Positions 1 through 7,380 of a stretch of DNA of 25,985 nt are shown in pieces. Positions within the stretch are counted from its first letter, which is position 1. Each line of letters begins with the position of its first letter. The stretch is from an uncultured Clostridia bacterium (GTDB lineage: Bacteria; Bacillota; Clostridia; Christensenellales; UBA1242). Under the pieces are notes generated by a model. The model did no database searches, was not told the origin of the DNA, and saw nothing but the letters and a program-made list of their open reading frames with translations. The stretch covers positions 1-25,985 of the forward strand of contig CAMLUY010000001.1 in assembly GCA_946487985.1 (NCBI GenBank). The letters are read 5' to 3'. Both the position numbers and the translations under genes were made by a program.

Positions 1-52
1 ACCCTCCTCTGGAGTTTTGGAGACTCTCATTCTACCGATGAACTACACCCCT
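1..52 (-). tRNA. tRNA-Trp (CCA), 5' 52 nt; 3' end lies outside the window
   Basis: Reverse complement reads AGGGGTG TA GTTC ATCGGTA GAAT G AGAGT CT-CCA-AA ACTCC AGAG GAGGG T: acceptor 5' strand, D arm, anticodon arm with CCA, and start of the T arm. Confidence 0.93.
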
Positions 53-160
53 ATCTGTAATTCTTCTTGTACTTTGCAAGTATTTTCAAGTTTAAGCAGC
101 ATCAGCTTCGCTCTTTCGCAGACTTTGGCTGTGCTTGACAAAGCGTCAGATAACATGTAT

Positions 161-189
161 ATGATACAACAATAAGGCAAATCTGTCAA
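161..189 (-). promoter_or_regulatory. sigmaA-type promoter for tRNA-Trp
   Basis: TTGACA (189-184), 17-bp spacer, TATCAT (166-161), about 100 nt upstream of the tRNA. Confidence 0.7.
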
Positions 190-246
190 TCTTTTTCATC
201 AAAATTGTAAAAAATTGTCTATCGAGTTTGGTTTTGAGCCTGGGTA

Positions 247-255
247 TGGTATAAT
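247..255 (+). promoter_or_regulatory. Extended -10 promoter element for the nucleotidase gene
   Basis: TG-G-TATAAT at 247-255, followed by RBS AAGGAG (264-269) and ATG 275. Confidence 0.6.
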
Positions 256-274
256 CAAAAGCAAAGGAGCTGTT

Positions 275-883
275 ATGACGATTGGCGTTGATGTAGATGG
301 CGTGCTTTGCAATCTTGACAGATATGTAAGAAAATACTTTGAAAAATACCTGAAAAGCAAAAATATCGCATACAAATTGGACAAAAGCAAGGTCAGATTT
401 TGCAATCAATATGGCGTGACCGCTGAAATCGAAGATGAATTTTGGGAACAGCACAATTTTCACTATGCAAAAAATGTGTCGATGCATCACGGAGCGGACG
501 TAATTACGCACAAATTGCATAGGCAAGGGCATAAAATCATCATTATTACATCACGGTACAAATCTGACGGAAATGACGAAAGCGGCGAAAATATGCGCTT
601 GGCAATAAAGAGTTGGCTGGCGAAAAATAATGTTTATTATGATGAAATTTTCTTTACAAATGACAGACAGGGAAAAACTAAAATTGTCGCGGACAGAGGT
701 ATCGACATCATGATTGAAGATTCAGTACGCAACATACAGGAAATTTCTGCACTTGTGCCAGTCATCATATTTAGAAATCCGTCAAACAGGCATCTTAAAG
801 GCGAAAACAGGTTTCTTGCAAACGGTTGGCGCGACATATTCAAGATTGTGCAGGCCATTGAAAAAAGGCCGAACAAGGCCTGA
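275..883 (+). CDS. HAD-superfamily 5'(3')-nucleotidase-like protein (202 aa)
   Basis: HAD motif I DVDGV near the N-terminus, motif II ITSR, motif III Lys (GKTK), motif IV IEDS. Start moved from 215 to ATG 275, which has an AAGGAG RBS. Confidence 0.8.
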   Translation: MTIGVDVDGVLCNLDRYVRKYFEKYLKSKNIAYKLDKSKVRFCNQYGVTAEIEDEFWEQHNFHYAKNVSMHHGADVITHKLHRQGHKIIIITSRYKSDGNDESGENMRLAIKSWLAKNNVYYDEIFFTNDRQGKTKIVADRGIDIMIEDSVRNIQEISALVPVIIFRNPSNRHLKGENRFLANGWRDIFKIVQAIEKRPNKA

Positions 884-897
884 AAAAAGGCATGTTA

Positions 898-1245
898 TCA
901 AAAACCCAGGCTGATAAGAAGGGCCTTGTTGACTTCTTTCATCTTCTCGGGTGAAAGGCAGGTGACCTTTTCTTGCAAGCGGCGTTTGTCAAGGGTGCGG
1001 ATTTGCTCTAAAAGCGCGACCGAGTTTTTTGGCAGATTGTATCTGTCGGCAGGCAGCTCGATATGCGTGGGCAGTTTGGCCTTGCCAAGCTGGCTGGTGA
1101 TGGCAGAAACGATTACCGTTGGCGAGTATTTGTTCCCGATATCGTTTTGAATTATGAGCACAGGACGAACACCACCCTGTTCACTTCCTACAACAGGGCT
1201 GAGGTCAGCGTAATAGATTTCTCCTCTTCGGATTTGTTCGTCCAT
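898..1245 (-). CDS. mazF: MazF/PemK-family endoribonuclease toxin (EndoA/NdoA type, 115 aa)
   Basis: [46 protein letters not shown] and [13 protein letters not shown] are Firmicute EndoA signatures. Start at ATG 1245 after GGAG; ends TGA followed by TAA. Confidence 0.95.
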   Translation of the reverse strand: MDEQIRRGEIYYADLSPVVGSEQGGVRPVLIIQNDIGNKYSPTVIVSAITSQLGKAKLPTHIELPADRYNLPKNSVALLEQIRTLDKRRLQEKVTCLSPEKMKEVNKALLISLGF

Positions 1246-1477
1246 TTTCTCCAATTTCCCAGTAATCAATAAGGTCGGCTTTTAAAAGGGGTTCAAGTTC
1301 GTCATGCGTTTGCTTGAAGACTTCATTGAAAATTTCAAAGTCCCCTTCTACTTTCATACTATGCTCTGCGCCAGCAAAATTTGCATGCAAAACGCGAGAA
1401 ATAAAGGCGTCTGGGTCTTTTTCGACTTTCCTCATTTTATTTCGCATTTTTATTCGAAGCAGCAGATTGTTTTTCAT
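1205..1477 (-). CDS. Hypothetical 90-aa protein upstream of and overlapping mazF; candidate atypical antitoxin
   Basis: ATG 1477 preceded by AAAAGGGGATAATC (RBS-like). Occupies the usual antitoxin position and overlaps mazF by 41 nt. No recognisable family motif. Confidence 0.45.
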   Translation of the reverse strand: MKNNLLLRIKMRNKMRKVEKDPDAFISRVLHANFAGAEHSMKVEGDFEIFNEVFKQTHDELEPLLKADLIDYWEIGENGRTNPKRRNLLR

Positions 1478-1507
1478 GATTATCCCCTTTTATTGAAAAA
1501 AATAAAC

Positions 1508-1643
1508 GCTGAATTTGATTTTAGTTTAAATAAAAAAACACGCTTTATGCATGCCAGGCTGTAAAAAAGTTTATTTTTGTACGGTCTGAGAATTTATCAT
1601 GCTTTATGCGTGTTTTTTTGTTTGAATATTTAAACTGGGCAGC
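1508..1643. other. Long imperfect inverted repeat containing two back-to-back terminator-like hairpins
   Basis: AGTTTAAAT/ATTTAAACT (1523-1531/1628-1636), AAAAAAACACGC/GCGTGTTTTTTT (1532-1543/1608-1619), GCATG/CATGC (1549-1553/1598-1602), CAGGCTGTA/TACGGTCTG (1555-1563/1580-1588, two GU on +). Confidence 0.6.
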
Positions 1644-1670
1644 TGCATTGCAACTGAGCAAAGAAAAAAT

Positions 1671-2036
1671 CTAGTCTGCCACAATGGCAATAGCGATGGC
1701 TGTAATTGGTGTGTGTGAAAGGGATACTTCAATGCGTTTGCCAGAGTAGGCCTGATTGAGCCTTTCAAGGGCTTTGCCATGCAAAATCACTGACGGCTTG
1801 CCCGATGGTTGATGGGTAAGCTCGATATCCTTGAAAACAACACCGCTGCCCTTGCCAAGGTCGAGGGCCTTCATAACGGCTTCCTTGACGCAAAACAGAG
1901 CTCCTGTGCGTTGAAGGCGAAGGCTGTCGCAAAAGGATTTTTTAACGTATTCAATTTCCTTTTCGTTTGCAATTTTATTTAGAAATTCATCGCTGCCGTC
2001 TACGCGTTCAATGTCGATGATGTCAATTCCTACCAT
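1671..2036 (-). CDS. acpS: Holo-[acyl-carrier-protein] synthase (121 aa)
   Basis: VGIDIIDIERV, FCVKEAVMKALD, DIEL...SGKP, VSLSH motifs. Start at ATG 2036 after GGAGGA, overlapping the recX end. Confidence 0.93.
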   Translation of the reverse strand: MVGIDIIDIERVDGSDEFLNKIANEKEIEYVKKSFCDSLRLQRTGALFCVKEAVMKALDLGKGSGVVFKDIELTHQPSGKPSVILHGKALERLNQAYSGKRIEVSLSHTPITAIAIAIVAD

Positions 2037-2643
2037 TTTGTATTTCCTCCCATACGTTTGATATTTCTGAAAAGTCATAGCCTTTTCCAGCAAAGTGAGA
2101 AAAGAACTTTTGCTTGGTTTTTTGGTCAAAATCTCTGTTTCTCATAAATTTTTCGGACAATGCAAGCAGATTGTCGCGCTCCTGCGTTGAAGGCAGTAAC
2201 TCATCAAGTTTTTCGTCGATTATGTCCTCTTTAACCCCTTTCGACAGCAGGTCATATTTAAGCTTGCGTCGGCTTTTTGATGAAAGGTAGCAGTTGATGT
2301 AGTTCTCGCAAAAAGCTTCATCATTGATGTAGCCATAATCTTTGAGTTTGTTGATGGCTTTGTCAATGGACGAGCGTGGATATTTCTTTTCGCGCAGAAA
2401 ATCTTTAAGCATTTTTTCGGTTTTCATGCTTTTGCCAAGCAGGCCAAGGCTGCGATTGAAGCAGGCATAATCGCCGTTTTCAAGTTTCAGCTCTTCAAAA
2501 AAGTCTTCGTCAAAGCTCTGTCCTGTTTTAAGCGAGTGGCGTGCGAGAATTTCAGCTTCAAAAGTGCCCAAAAGTTGTTCGTCAACGTACACATCGTAGC
2601 GCAATCCTTTGCCAATCTTTTTGATTTCGGTGATTTCTTTCAT
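2023..2643 (-). CDS. recX: RecX-family regulatory protein (206 aa)
   Basis: Firmicute N-terminal extension (YDVYVDEQLLG...), then KTEKMLKDFLREK, AINKLKDYGYINDEAFCENY, KLKYDLLSKGV and HFAGKGYDFSEI repeats. ATG 2643 after AAGGAG. Confidence 0.88.
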   Translation of the reverse strand: MKEITEIKKIGKGLRYDVYVDEQLLGTFEAEILARHSLKTGQSFDEDFFEELKLENGDYACFNRSLGLLGKSMKTEKMLKDFLREKKYPRSSIDKAINKLKDYGYINDEAFCENYINCYLSSKSRRKLKYDLLSKGVKEDIIDEKLDELLPSTQERDNLLALSEKFMRNRDFDQKTKQKFFSHFAGKGYDFSEISNVWEEIQNGRN

Positions 2644-2669
2644 GACGCTCCTTTTATTTTTTGTGTCTG

Positions 2670-3023
2670 TCAATCTTTTAGCAGCGCACCAGCAGTCTTT
2701 GAGTACATGCGCACCAGACCTCCTGCGCCAAGCTTGACACCGCCAAAATATCTCACAACAAAGACGCAAACATCGCGCTCATCTCGTTTTTGCAGTACTG
2801 ACAAGATTGGGCGGCCTGCTGTACCGCTTGGCTCGCCATCGTCGCAAGCCTTTTCAGCAAACGGGCTTGAAAGGCGATAGGCGTATGTGATGTGCGTGGC
2901 CTTTTTATGCTGAGATTTAAGGCTGCAAAGTGCGGCTGAGATTTGTGACTCTGTTGTGCATCTGAGAAGATAGCCGATGAATTTTGATTTCTTTTCGATA
3001 AGCATGACTTCTTTTTCGAACAT
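2670..3023 (-). CDS. yigZ: YigZ/IMPACT-family protein (117 aa, N-terminal domain only)
   Basis: EKKSKFIG, HKKATHITYAY, DDGEPSGTAGRPIL and VVRYFGGVKLGAGGLVRMY signatures. Confidence 0.92.
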   Translation of the reverse strand: MFEKEVMLIEKKSKFIGYLLRCTTESQISAALCSLKSQHKKATHITYAYRLSSPFAEKACDDGEPSGTAGRPILSVLQKRDERDVCVFVVRYFGGVKLGAGGLVRMYSKTAGALLKD

Positions 3024-3084
3024 GTTGTATCCTTTATGCGTGAAATTTATTGGCGCTGAAAAAAACCAGGCGCGTGTGACAGGG

Positions 3085-3183
3085 GCTCATGGAAAGCGCG
3101 TGCATTATGCGCGCAGCCCTCTCGTTTTGTTGCAAAACGAGAGGGCAATCTTTCGCCATATGCGAAAGATGCTTTCCATGAGC
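3085..3183. ncRNA. Putative structured element: four-way junction
   Basis: 13-bp perfect closing stem (3085-3097/3171-3183) enclosing 7-bp, 14-bp and 9-bp hairpins, with only two single unpaired A linkers. Confidence 0.6.
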
Positions 3184-3191
3184 AGAGCAGG

Positions 3192-4439
3192 CTATTTCAG
3201 CACAACTTTAACAAACGACTTCTTACCCTTTTTGAGTAGCAAGGAGTTGTTTTCAAAGTCACTTGAAAAATACATCTTTTTAAAATCATCTACTTTTTCA
3301 CCACCCGCAGTAATCGCGCCGCCAGTTATCAATCGTCGAGCTTCACTCTTTGATGGCGCAAGCTTGGTTTCAAACAAAAGGTCGCAAATGTTTATGCCTT
3401 CTTCGGCTCGTTTTGCATCAATTTCAATTATTGGTGCATCGTCGCCACCCTGAGCGAACAGGTTTTCGCTCATGCTTTGTGCAAGGATTGCGTCGCTTTC
3501 ACCTCGGACAAACTTGGTTATTTCAAAACACAAGCTCTTTTTGGCAGCAACGATGTCTTTTGCAATCAGATCACGAACTTCTTGCATTGGCAGGTCAGTG
3601 AAAAGCGCAAACATCATTTCAACGCATGCGTCTGGCGTTTGGTAAATGCCCTGATAAAAATCGTATGCAGAGATTTTGTCGCGGTCTATCCAAATTGCAC
3701 CTTTTTCGGTCTTGCCCATCTTTTTGCCTTCGGGAGTAAGAAGCAGTGGGTTTGTTGCCCCTACCATGGTGCGCTCTTTGCCGTCAGCAAAGGAAAGCTT
3801 TCTTGCAAGCTCAACACCTGCAACGATATTTCCCCACTGGTCAGCGCCGCCCCATTCGAGAGTGCAATTATGCACGCTGTTCAAATGTACAAAATCATAT
3901 GCCTGCATTGGCATGTATCCCATCTCAAAGAAAGTCAAACCGCCCTCTTCGATGCGGTTTGCATAAAGCTCATTTGAAAGCATTTTGTTGACATTAAAGT
4001 GCCTGCCAATATCCCGCATAAAGTCGATGTATGAAATTCCATTAAACCAGTCAGCATTGTTGACAATTTCGGCTGCGTTTTCACCTTCAAAGTCCAAAAA
4101 GACTGACAGACTTTTCTTTATTTTTGCAATATTGTTTTCAATCACATCTTTTGACAAAAGCTGGCGCATCTCACTCTTGCCTGATGGGTCACCAACGCAT
4201 GCAGTGGCTCCGCCCATCAAAAGATATACCTTGTGCCCTGCTTTTTGAAACCTGCGAAGTATGCAATATGGAACACAGTGACCAATATGAAGGCTGTCCA
4301 TTGTTGGGTCAGTGCCTTCATAAAGGGCGATTTTTTCGCCGCTTTCCAGCATCTTTTTGAGAAGGTCAATGTCTGTGCATTGATAGAGAAGCCCGCGTTC
4401 CTTTAATGTATTAAATAAATTTGTGTCTGTTTTTGTCAT
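3192..4439 (-). CDS. tyrS: Tyrosine--tRNA ligase (415 aa)
   Basis: LYEGTDPTMDSLHIGH (HIGH), GGADQWGNI, KKMGKTE (KMSKS variant) and C-terminal S4 domain (SKSEARRLI). ATG 4439 after GGAGG. Confidence 0.97.
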   Translation of the reverse strand: MTKTDTNLFNTLKERGLLYQCTDIDLLKKMLESGEKIALYEGTDPTMDSLHIGHCVPYCILRRFQKAGHKVYLLMGGATACVGDPSGKSEMRQLLSKDVIENNIAKIKKSLSVFLDFEGENAAEIVNNADWFNGISYIDFMRDIGRHFNVNKMLSNELYANRIEEGGLTFFEMGYMPMQAYDFVHLNSVHNCTLEWGGADQWGNIVAGVELARKLSFADGKERTMVGATNPLLLTPEGKKMGKTEKGAIWIDRDKISAYDFYQGIYQTPDACVEMMFALFTDLPMQEVRDLIAKDIVAAKKSLCFEITKFVRGESDAILAQSMSENLFAQGGDDAPIIEIDAKRAEEGINICDLLFETKLAPSKSEARRLITGGAITAGGEKVDDFKKMYFSSDFENNSLLLKKGKKSFVKVVLK

Positions 4440-4458
4440 TTTGCCCTCCAAATCATAT

Positions 4459-4685
4459 TAAAAAAGCACGTTCACCCATATTTTAGGACGAAACGTGCTG
4501 TTCGTGGTACCACCTAATTTTATGCATTGATTTTTTCATCGAATGCACCTCTTTGCCTTTTCGTAAGGCTGAACGCAAAGCTTGGCATTGTTGTAATTCG
4601 CCTGCGCAGTGCATTTGGGTTTTCACCAGCCACCCTATCTCTTGATGCGGCTTGCGCGAGCTACTGTGGTCAATGTCACCACCTT
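4459..4685 (-). promoter_or_regulatory. Tyr T-box riboswitch leader of tyrS
   Basis: AGAGA/GCTGGTGAAA stem-I motifs, specifier GAAT-TAC (4595-4593, Tyr), T-box AGGTGGTACCACG (4515-4503), terminator AGCACGTT/AACGTGCT (4499-4492/4472-4465) followed by a U-tract. Confidence 0.93.
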
Positions 4686-4695
4686 GATTTTTCTC

Positions 4696-4724
4696 AGTAT
4701 AGGATATTTTTCTTGTTTTGTCAA
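4696..4724 (-). promoter_or_regulatory. sigmaA promoter of the tyrS leader
   Basis: TTGACA (4724-4719), 17 bp, TATACT (4701-4696). Confidence 0.8.
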
Positions 4725-4741
4725 CATTTTGTGCCGAGTTT

Positions 4742-5731
4742 TTAGTTTTTTGTACTTGTTTCAACAGCGACAGAAAGAGCTACAGTAGCGCCCACGATTG
4801 GATTGTTGCCCATGCCAATAAAGCCCATCATTTCAACGTGAGCTGGTACTGATGATGAGCCAGCAAACTGGGCATCGCAGTGCATTCTTCCCATGGTGTC
4901 TGTCAGACCATAGCTTGCAGGCCCGCAAGCCATGTTGTCAGGATGCAAGGTTCGACCTGTGCCACCGCCAGATGCGACTGAAAAATATTTTTTGCCGTTT
5001 TCAAAGCAATATTTCTTGTATATGCCGGCAACTGGGTGCTGAAACCTCATTGGGTTGGTTGAGTTGCCAGTGATTGACACATCAACATTTTCATGTTTCA
5101 TGATGGCTACGCCTTCTGGCACATCGAACGCGCCATATACCTTAACCTTTGCGCGGTCAGTTTTTGAAAATGCCTTTTCACCAAGCAAGGTCAGCTCGCC
5201 TGTGCCGTGATCAAAAGATGTATTGACAAAAGTGAAGCCATTGATGCGGGCAATAATGTATGCAGCGTCCTTGCCAAGCCCGTTCAAGATGACGTTTAGC
5301 GGCGTGCGTCTGACCTTATTTGCCGAAGTGACAATGCCTATTGCCCCCTCAGCGGCTGCAAAGCTTTCATGACCTGCAAGAAAGCAAAATGATTTAGTGT
5401 TTTCGTTCAGCAGCATGCTGCCAAGTCTGCCATGCCCCAGACCGATTTGCCTTTCGTCGGCAACCGAGCCTTTGACGCAGTATGCTTGCAGCCCTTCGCC
5501 AAGGCAGAGCGCAACATCTGCTGCTTTGTGAGTGCCTGTTTTGATGGCTATGGCAACGCCGATTTCATATGCTTTGACCGCATTATCAAAGCATATTGGT
5601 TGAATGCCCTTGACAATCTTGCCTACGTCAACTCCTGCATCAAGGCAGATTTGATGAGCTTCGTCAAGGCTTTTGATGTTGTATTTTTTTAAAGTAGCAT
5701 CAATATTTGTGTGTTTTGTGGTAAAGTCCAT
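4742..5731 (-). CDS. GGGtGRT protein (329 aa, function unknown)
   Basis: Contains the defining SVASGGGTGRTLHPDNM motif, plus FLAGHESFAAAEGAIG and ITGNSTNPMRFQHPVAG. Confidence 0.92.
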   Translation of the reverse strand: MDFTTKHTNIDATLKKYNIKSLDEAHQICLDAGVDVGKIVKGIQPICFDNAVKAYEIGVAIAIKTGTHKAADVALCLGEGLQAYCVKGSVADERQIGLGHGRLGSMLLNENTKSFCFLAGHESFAAAEGAIGIVTSANKVRRTPLNVILNGLGKDAAYIIARINGFTFVNTSFDHGTGELTLLGEKAFSKTDRAKVKVYGAFDVPEGVAIMKHENVDVSITGNSTNPMRFQHPVAGIYKKYCFENGKKYFSVASGGGTGRTLHPDNMACGPASYGLTDTMGRMHCDAQFAGSSSVPAHVEMMGFIGMGNNPIVGATVALSVAVETSTKN

Positions 5732-6399
5732 TACTCCACCTCCCTTGGATCGATTATGCTGGCGGCTTCGGCAAAGCGGCCATAAGTCTTGGTGGCCTTT
5801 TGGATTGCCTCAGCGGCTGGCATGCCTTCGCGTAGTGATTTCATAAGCGAGCCGATTGCCACATATTCATAGCCAATGATTTCGCCATTTTCGTCAAGGC
5901 CTTCTTTGGTGATGTAGCCTTCGGCAAGGTTGAGATAGCGTGTGCCTCTGTCAGCGCGCGAATATACCGTGCCAACATTGCTTGAAAGGGTTTTGCCTAG
6001 GTCTTCAAGTGCAGAGCCCACTGCCAAGCCATTTTCAGAGAACGCCGACTGGCTTCGACCATAAACAAGTTGCAGGAATATGTTTTTCATTGCGTCATTG
6101 ATGGCGTCGCAAACAAGGTCGGTATTCAAGGCTTCAAGCAGGGTTTTTCCTGGCAGTATTTCTGCCGCCATTGCCGCTGAATGCGTCATGCCTGAGCAGC
6201 CGATTGTTTCGACGAGCGCCTCCTTGATTATTCCGTTTTTTACGTTCAGTGTCAGTTTGCATGTACCCTGCTGCGGTGCGCACTTGCCACAGCCATGCGA
6301 AAAGCCTGAAACCTGCGTGATGTCTTTAAGCTGAATCCATTTTGCCTCTTCCGGGATAGGTGATGGACCAAAACCTGTCATATTTATTGGGCAACTCAT
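5731..6399 (-). CDS. NifU/IscU-like Fe-S scaffold-domain protein partnered with GGGtGRT (222 aa)
   Basis: CAPQQGTCKLTLNVKNGII, ETIGCSGMTHSAAMA, DLVCDAIN. ATG 6399 after GGAGGA; 1-nt overlap with the GGGtGRT start. Confidence 0.85.
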   Translation of the reverse strand: MSCPINMTGFGPSPIPEEAKWIQLKDITQVSGFSHGCGKCAPQQGTCKLTLNVKNGIIKEALVETIGCSGMTHSAAMAAEILPGKTLLEALNTDLVCDAINDAMKNIFLQLVYGRSQSAFSENGLAVGSALEDLGKTLSSNVGTVYSRADRGTRYLNLAEGYITKEGLDENGEIIGYEYVAIGSLMKSLREGMPAAEAIQKATKTYGRFAEAASIIDPREVE

Positions 6400-6543
6400 G
6401 TTTTTTCCTCCATTTTTATTATAATGACTTGAAGGCAAAAAACAAAATGAATTAAAATACATTTGCAAATTGTCAGATTTTTCAATATAAAATGTTGTTT
6501 TTTTCGTCAAAATCGTCCTTTTTCTGATTTTTTTCTTTTGTGA

Positions 6544-6572
6544 TTGACCTTTGTGAGCAAATATATTAAAAT
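6544..6572 (+). promoter_or_regulatory. sigmaA promoter of ung (probable leaderless mRNA)
   Basis: TTGACC (6544-6549), 17 bp, TAAAAT (6567-6572); ATG only 6 nt downstream and no SD. Confidence 0.6.
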
Positions 6573-6578
6573 AAAGCT

Positions 6579-7238
6579 ATGATACAATTACGAAGAAGCT
6601 GGTTCGACCTTTTGAAAGGCGAGTTCGAACAGGAATATTTCAAAAAACTTCAAGAATTTTTAAAAGTTGAGTATGCAACGCGGGAAATCTATCCAGCCGA
6701 GGCAAACATATTCAATGCGCTCAACCATGTGCCTTTTGACAAGGTCAAAGTGGTCATTATTGGGCAAGACCCATATCATGAGCCACGTCAGGCACAAGGT
6801 CTGTCTTTTTCTGTGCCTGATGATGTGCAAATTCCGCCGTCGCTTGTCAACATCATGAAAGAAATTGAAGATGACCTTGGTATCAAGTGTCTGCAAACTG
6901 GCAACCTTGAAAGATGGGCGAACCAAGGTGTGCTGCTTTTGAATACCGTTCTGACAGTTCGCCGTGGACAGGCATATTCACACAAAGACAAAGGCTGGGA
7001 AAAGTTGACTGGAAAAATCATTGAACTTTTAGGGAAGCGAACTGAGCCAATGGTGTTTATGCTTTGGGGAAGCTATGCGCAAAGCTTTGCCGACAAAATC
7101 GCGCCTCAACACCTTGTTTTGAAAGCACCTCACCCAAGTCCATTGTCGGCATATCGTGGATTTTTTGGCTGCAAACATTTTTCAAAGTGCAACAACTTCT
7201 TGATTCATCACGGGCAGACACATATAAACTGGCAGTAA
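6579..7238 (+). CDS. ung: Uracil-DNA glycosylase, family 1 (219 aa)
   Basis: GQDPYH, GLSFSV, PPSLVNI, QGVLLLN and HPSPLSAYRGFFG motifs. Confidence 0.98.
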   Translation: MIQLRRSWFDLLKGEFEQEYFKKLQEFLKVEYATREIYPAEANIFNALNHVPFDKVKVVIIGQDPYHEPRQAQGLSFSVPDDVQIPPSLVNIMKEIEDDLGIKCLQTGNLERWANQGVLLLNTVLTVRRGQAYSHKDKGWEKLTGKIIELLGKRTEPMVFMLWGSYAQSFADKIAPQHLVLKAPHPSPLSAYRGFFGCKHFSKCNNFLIHHGQTHINWQ

Positions 7239-7327
7239 AATCTTTTTGTATATTGCTAAATTGCCACATAACCAGCTTTTGTAAAAAGCAGCAAAAGAAA
7301 AATTGTTAAAAACATAAAATATTGCAA

Positions 7328-7353
7328 AAAACGCAGGCATTTGCCTGCGTTTT
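7328..7353. terminator. Bidirectional intrinsic terminator between convergent ung and the acidic protein gene
   Basis: AAAACGCAGGC-ATTT-GCCTGCGTTTT, GC-rich stem flanked by A and T runs. Confidence 0.85.
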
Positions 7354-7380
7354 GTATATATTTTGTGAAAATTTTTGTTT

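Noticed and set aside
146-532. 128-aa minus ORF (and 199..405)
   Set aside because: Antisense to the nucleotidase and overlaps the tRNA promoter; no family motif.
1304-1564. 86-aa + ORF opposite ORF90
   Set aside because: No RBS, non-ATG start, and it runs into the inverted repeat; ORF90 on the other strand is better supported.
4483-4764. 93-aa minus ORF upstream of tyrS
   Set aside because: Coincides with the promoter and T-box leader, which fully explain the region.
7243-7330. Possible fourth cloverleaf downstream of ung
   Set aside because: Pairing is mostly A-U with short arms (GCTTTT/AAAAGC, TGTT/AACA) and overlaps the terminator; expected by chance in AT-rich DNA.
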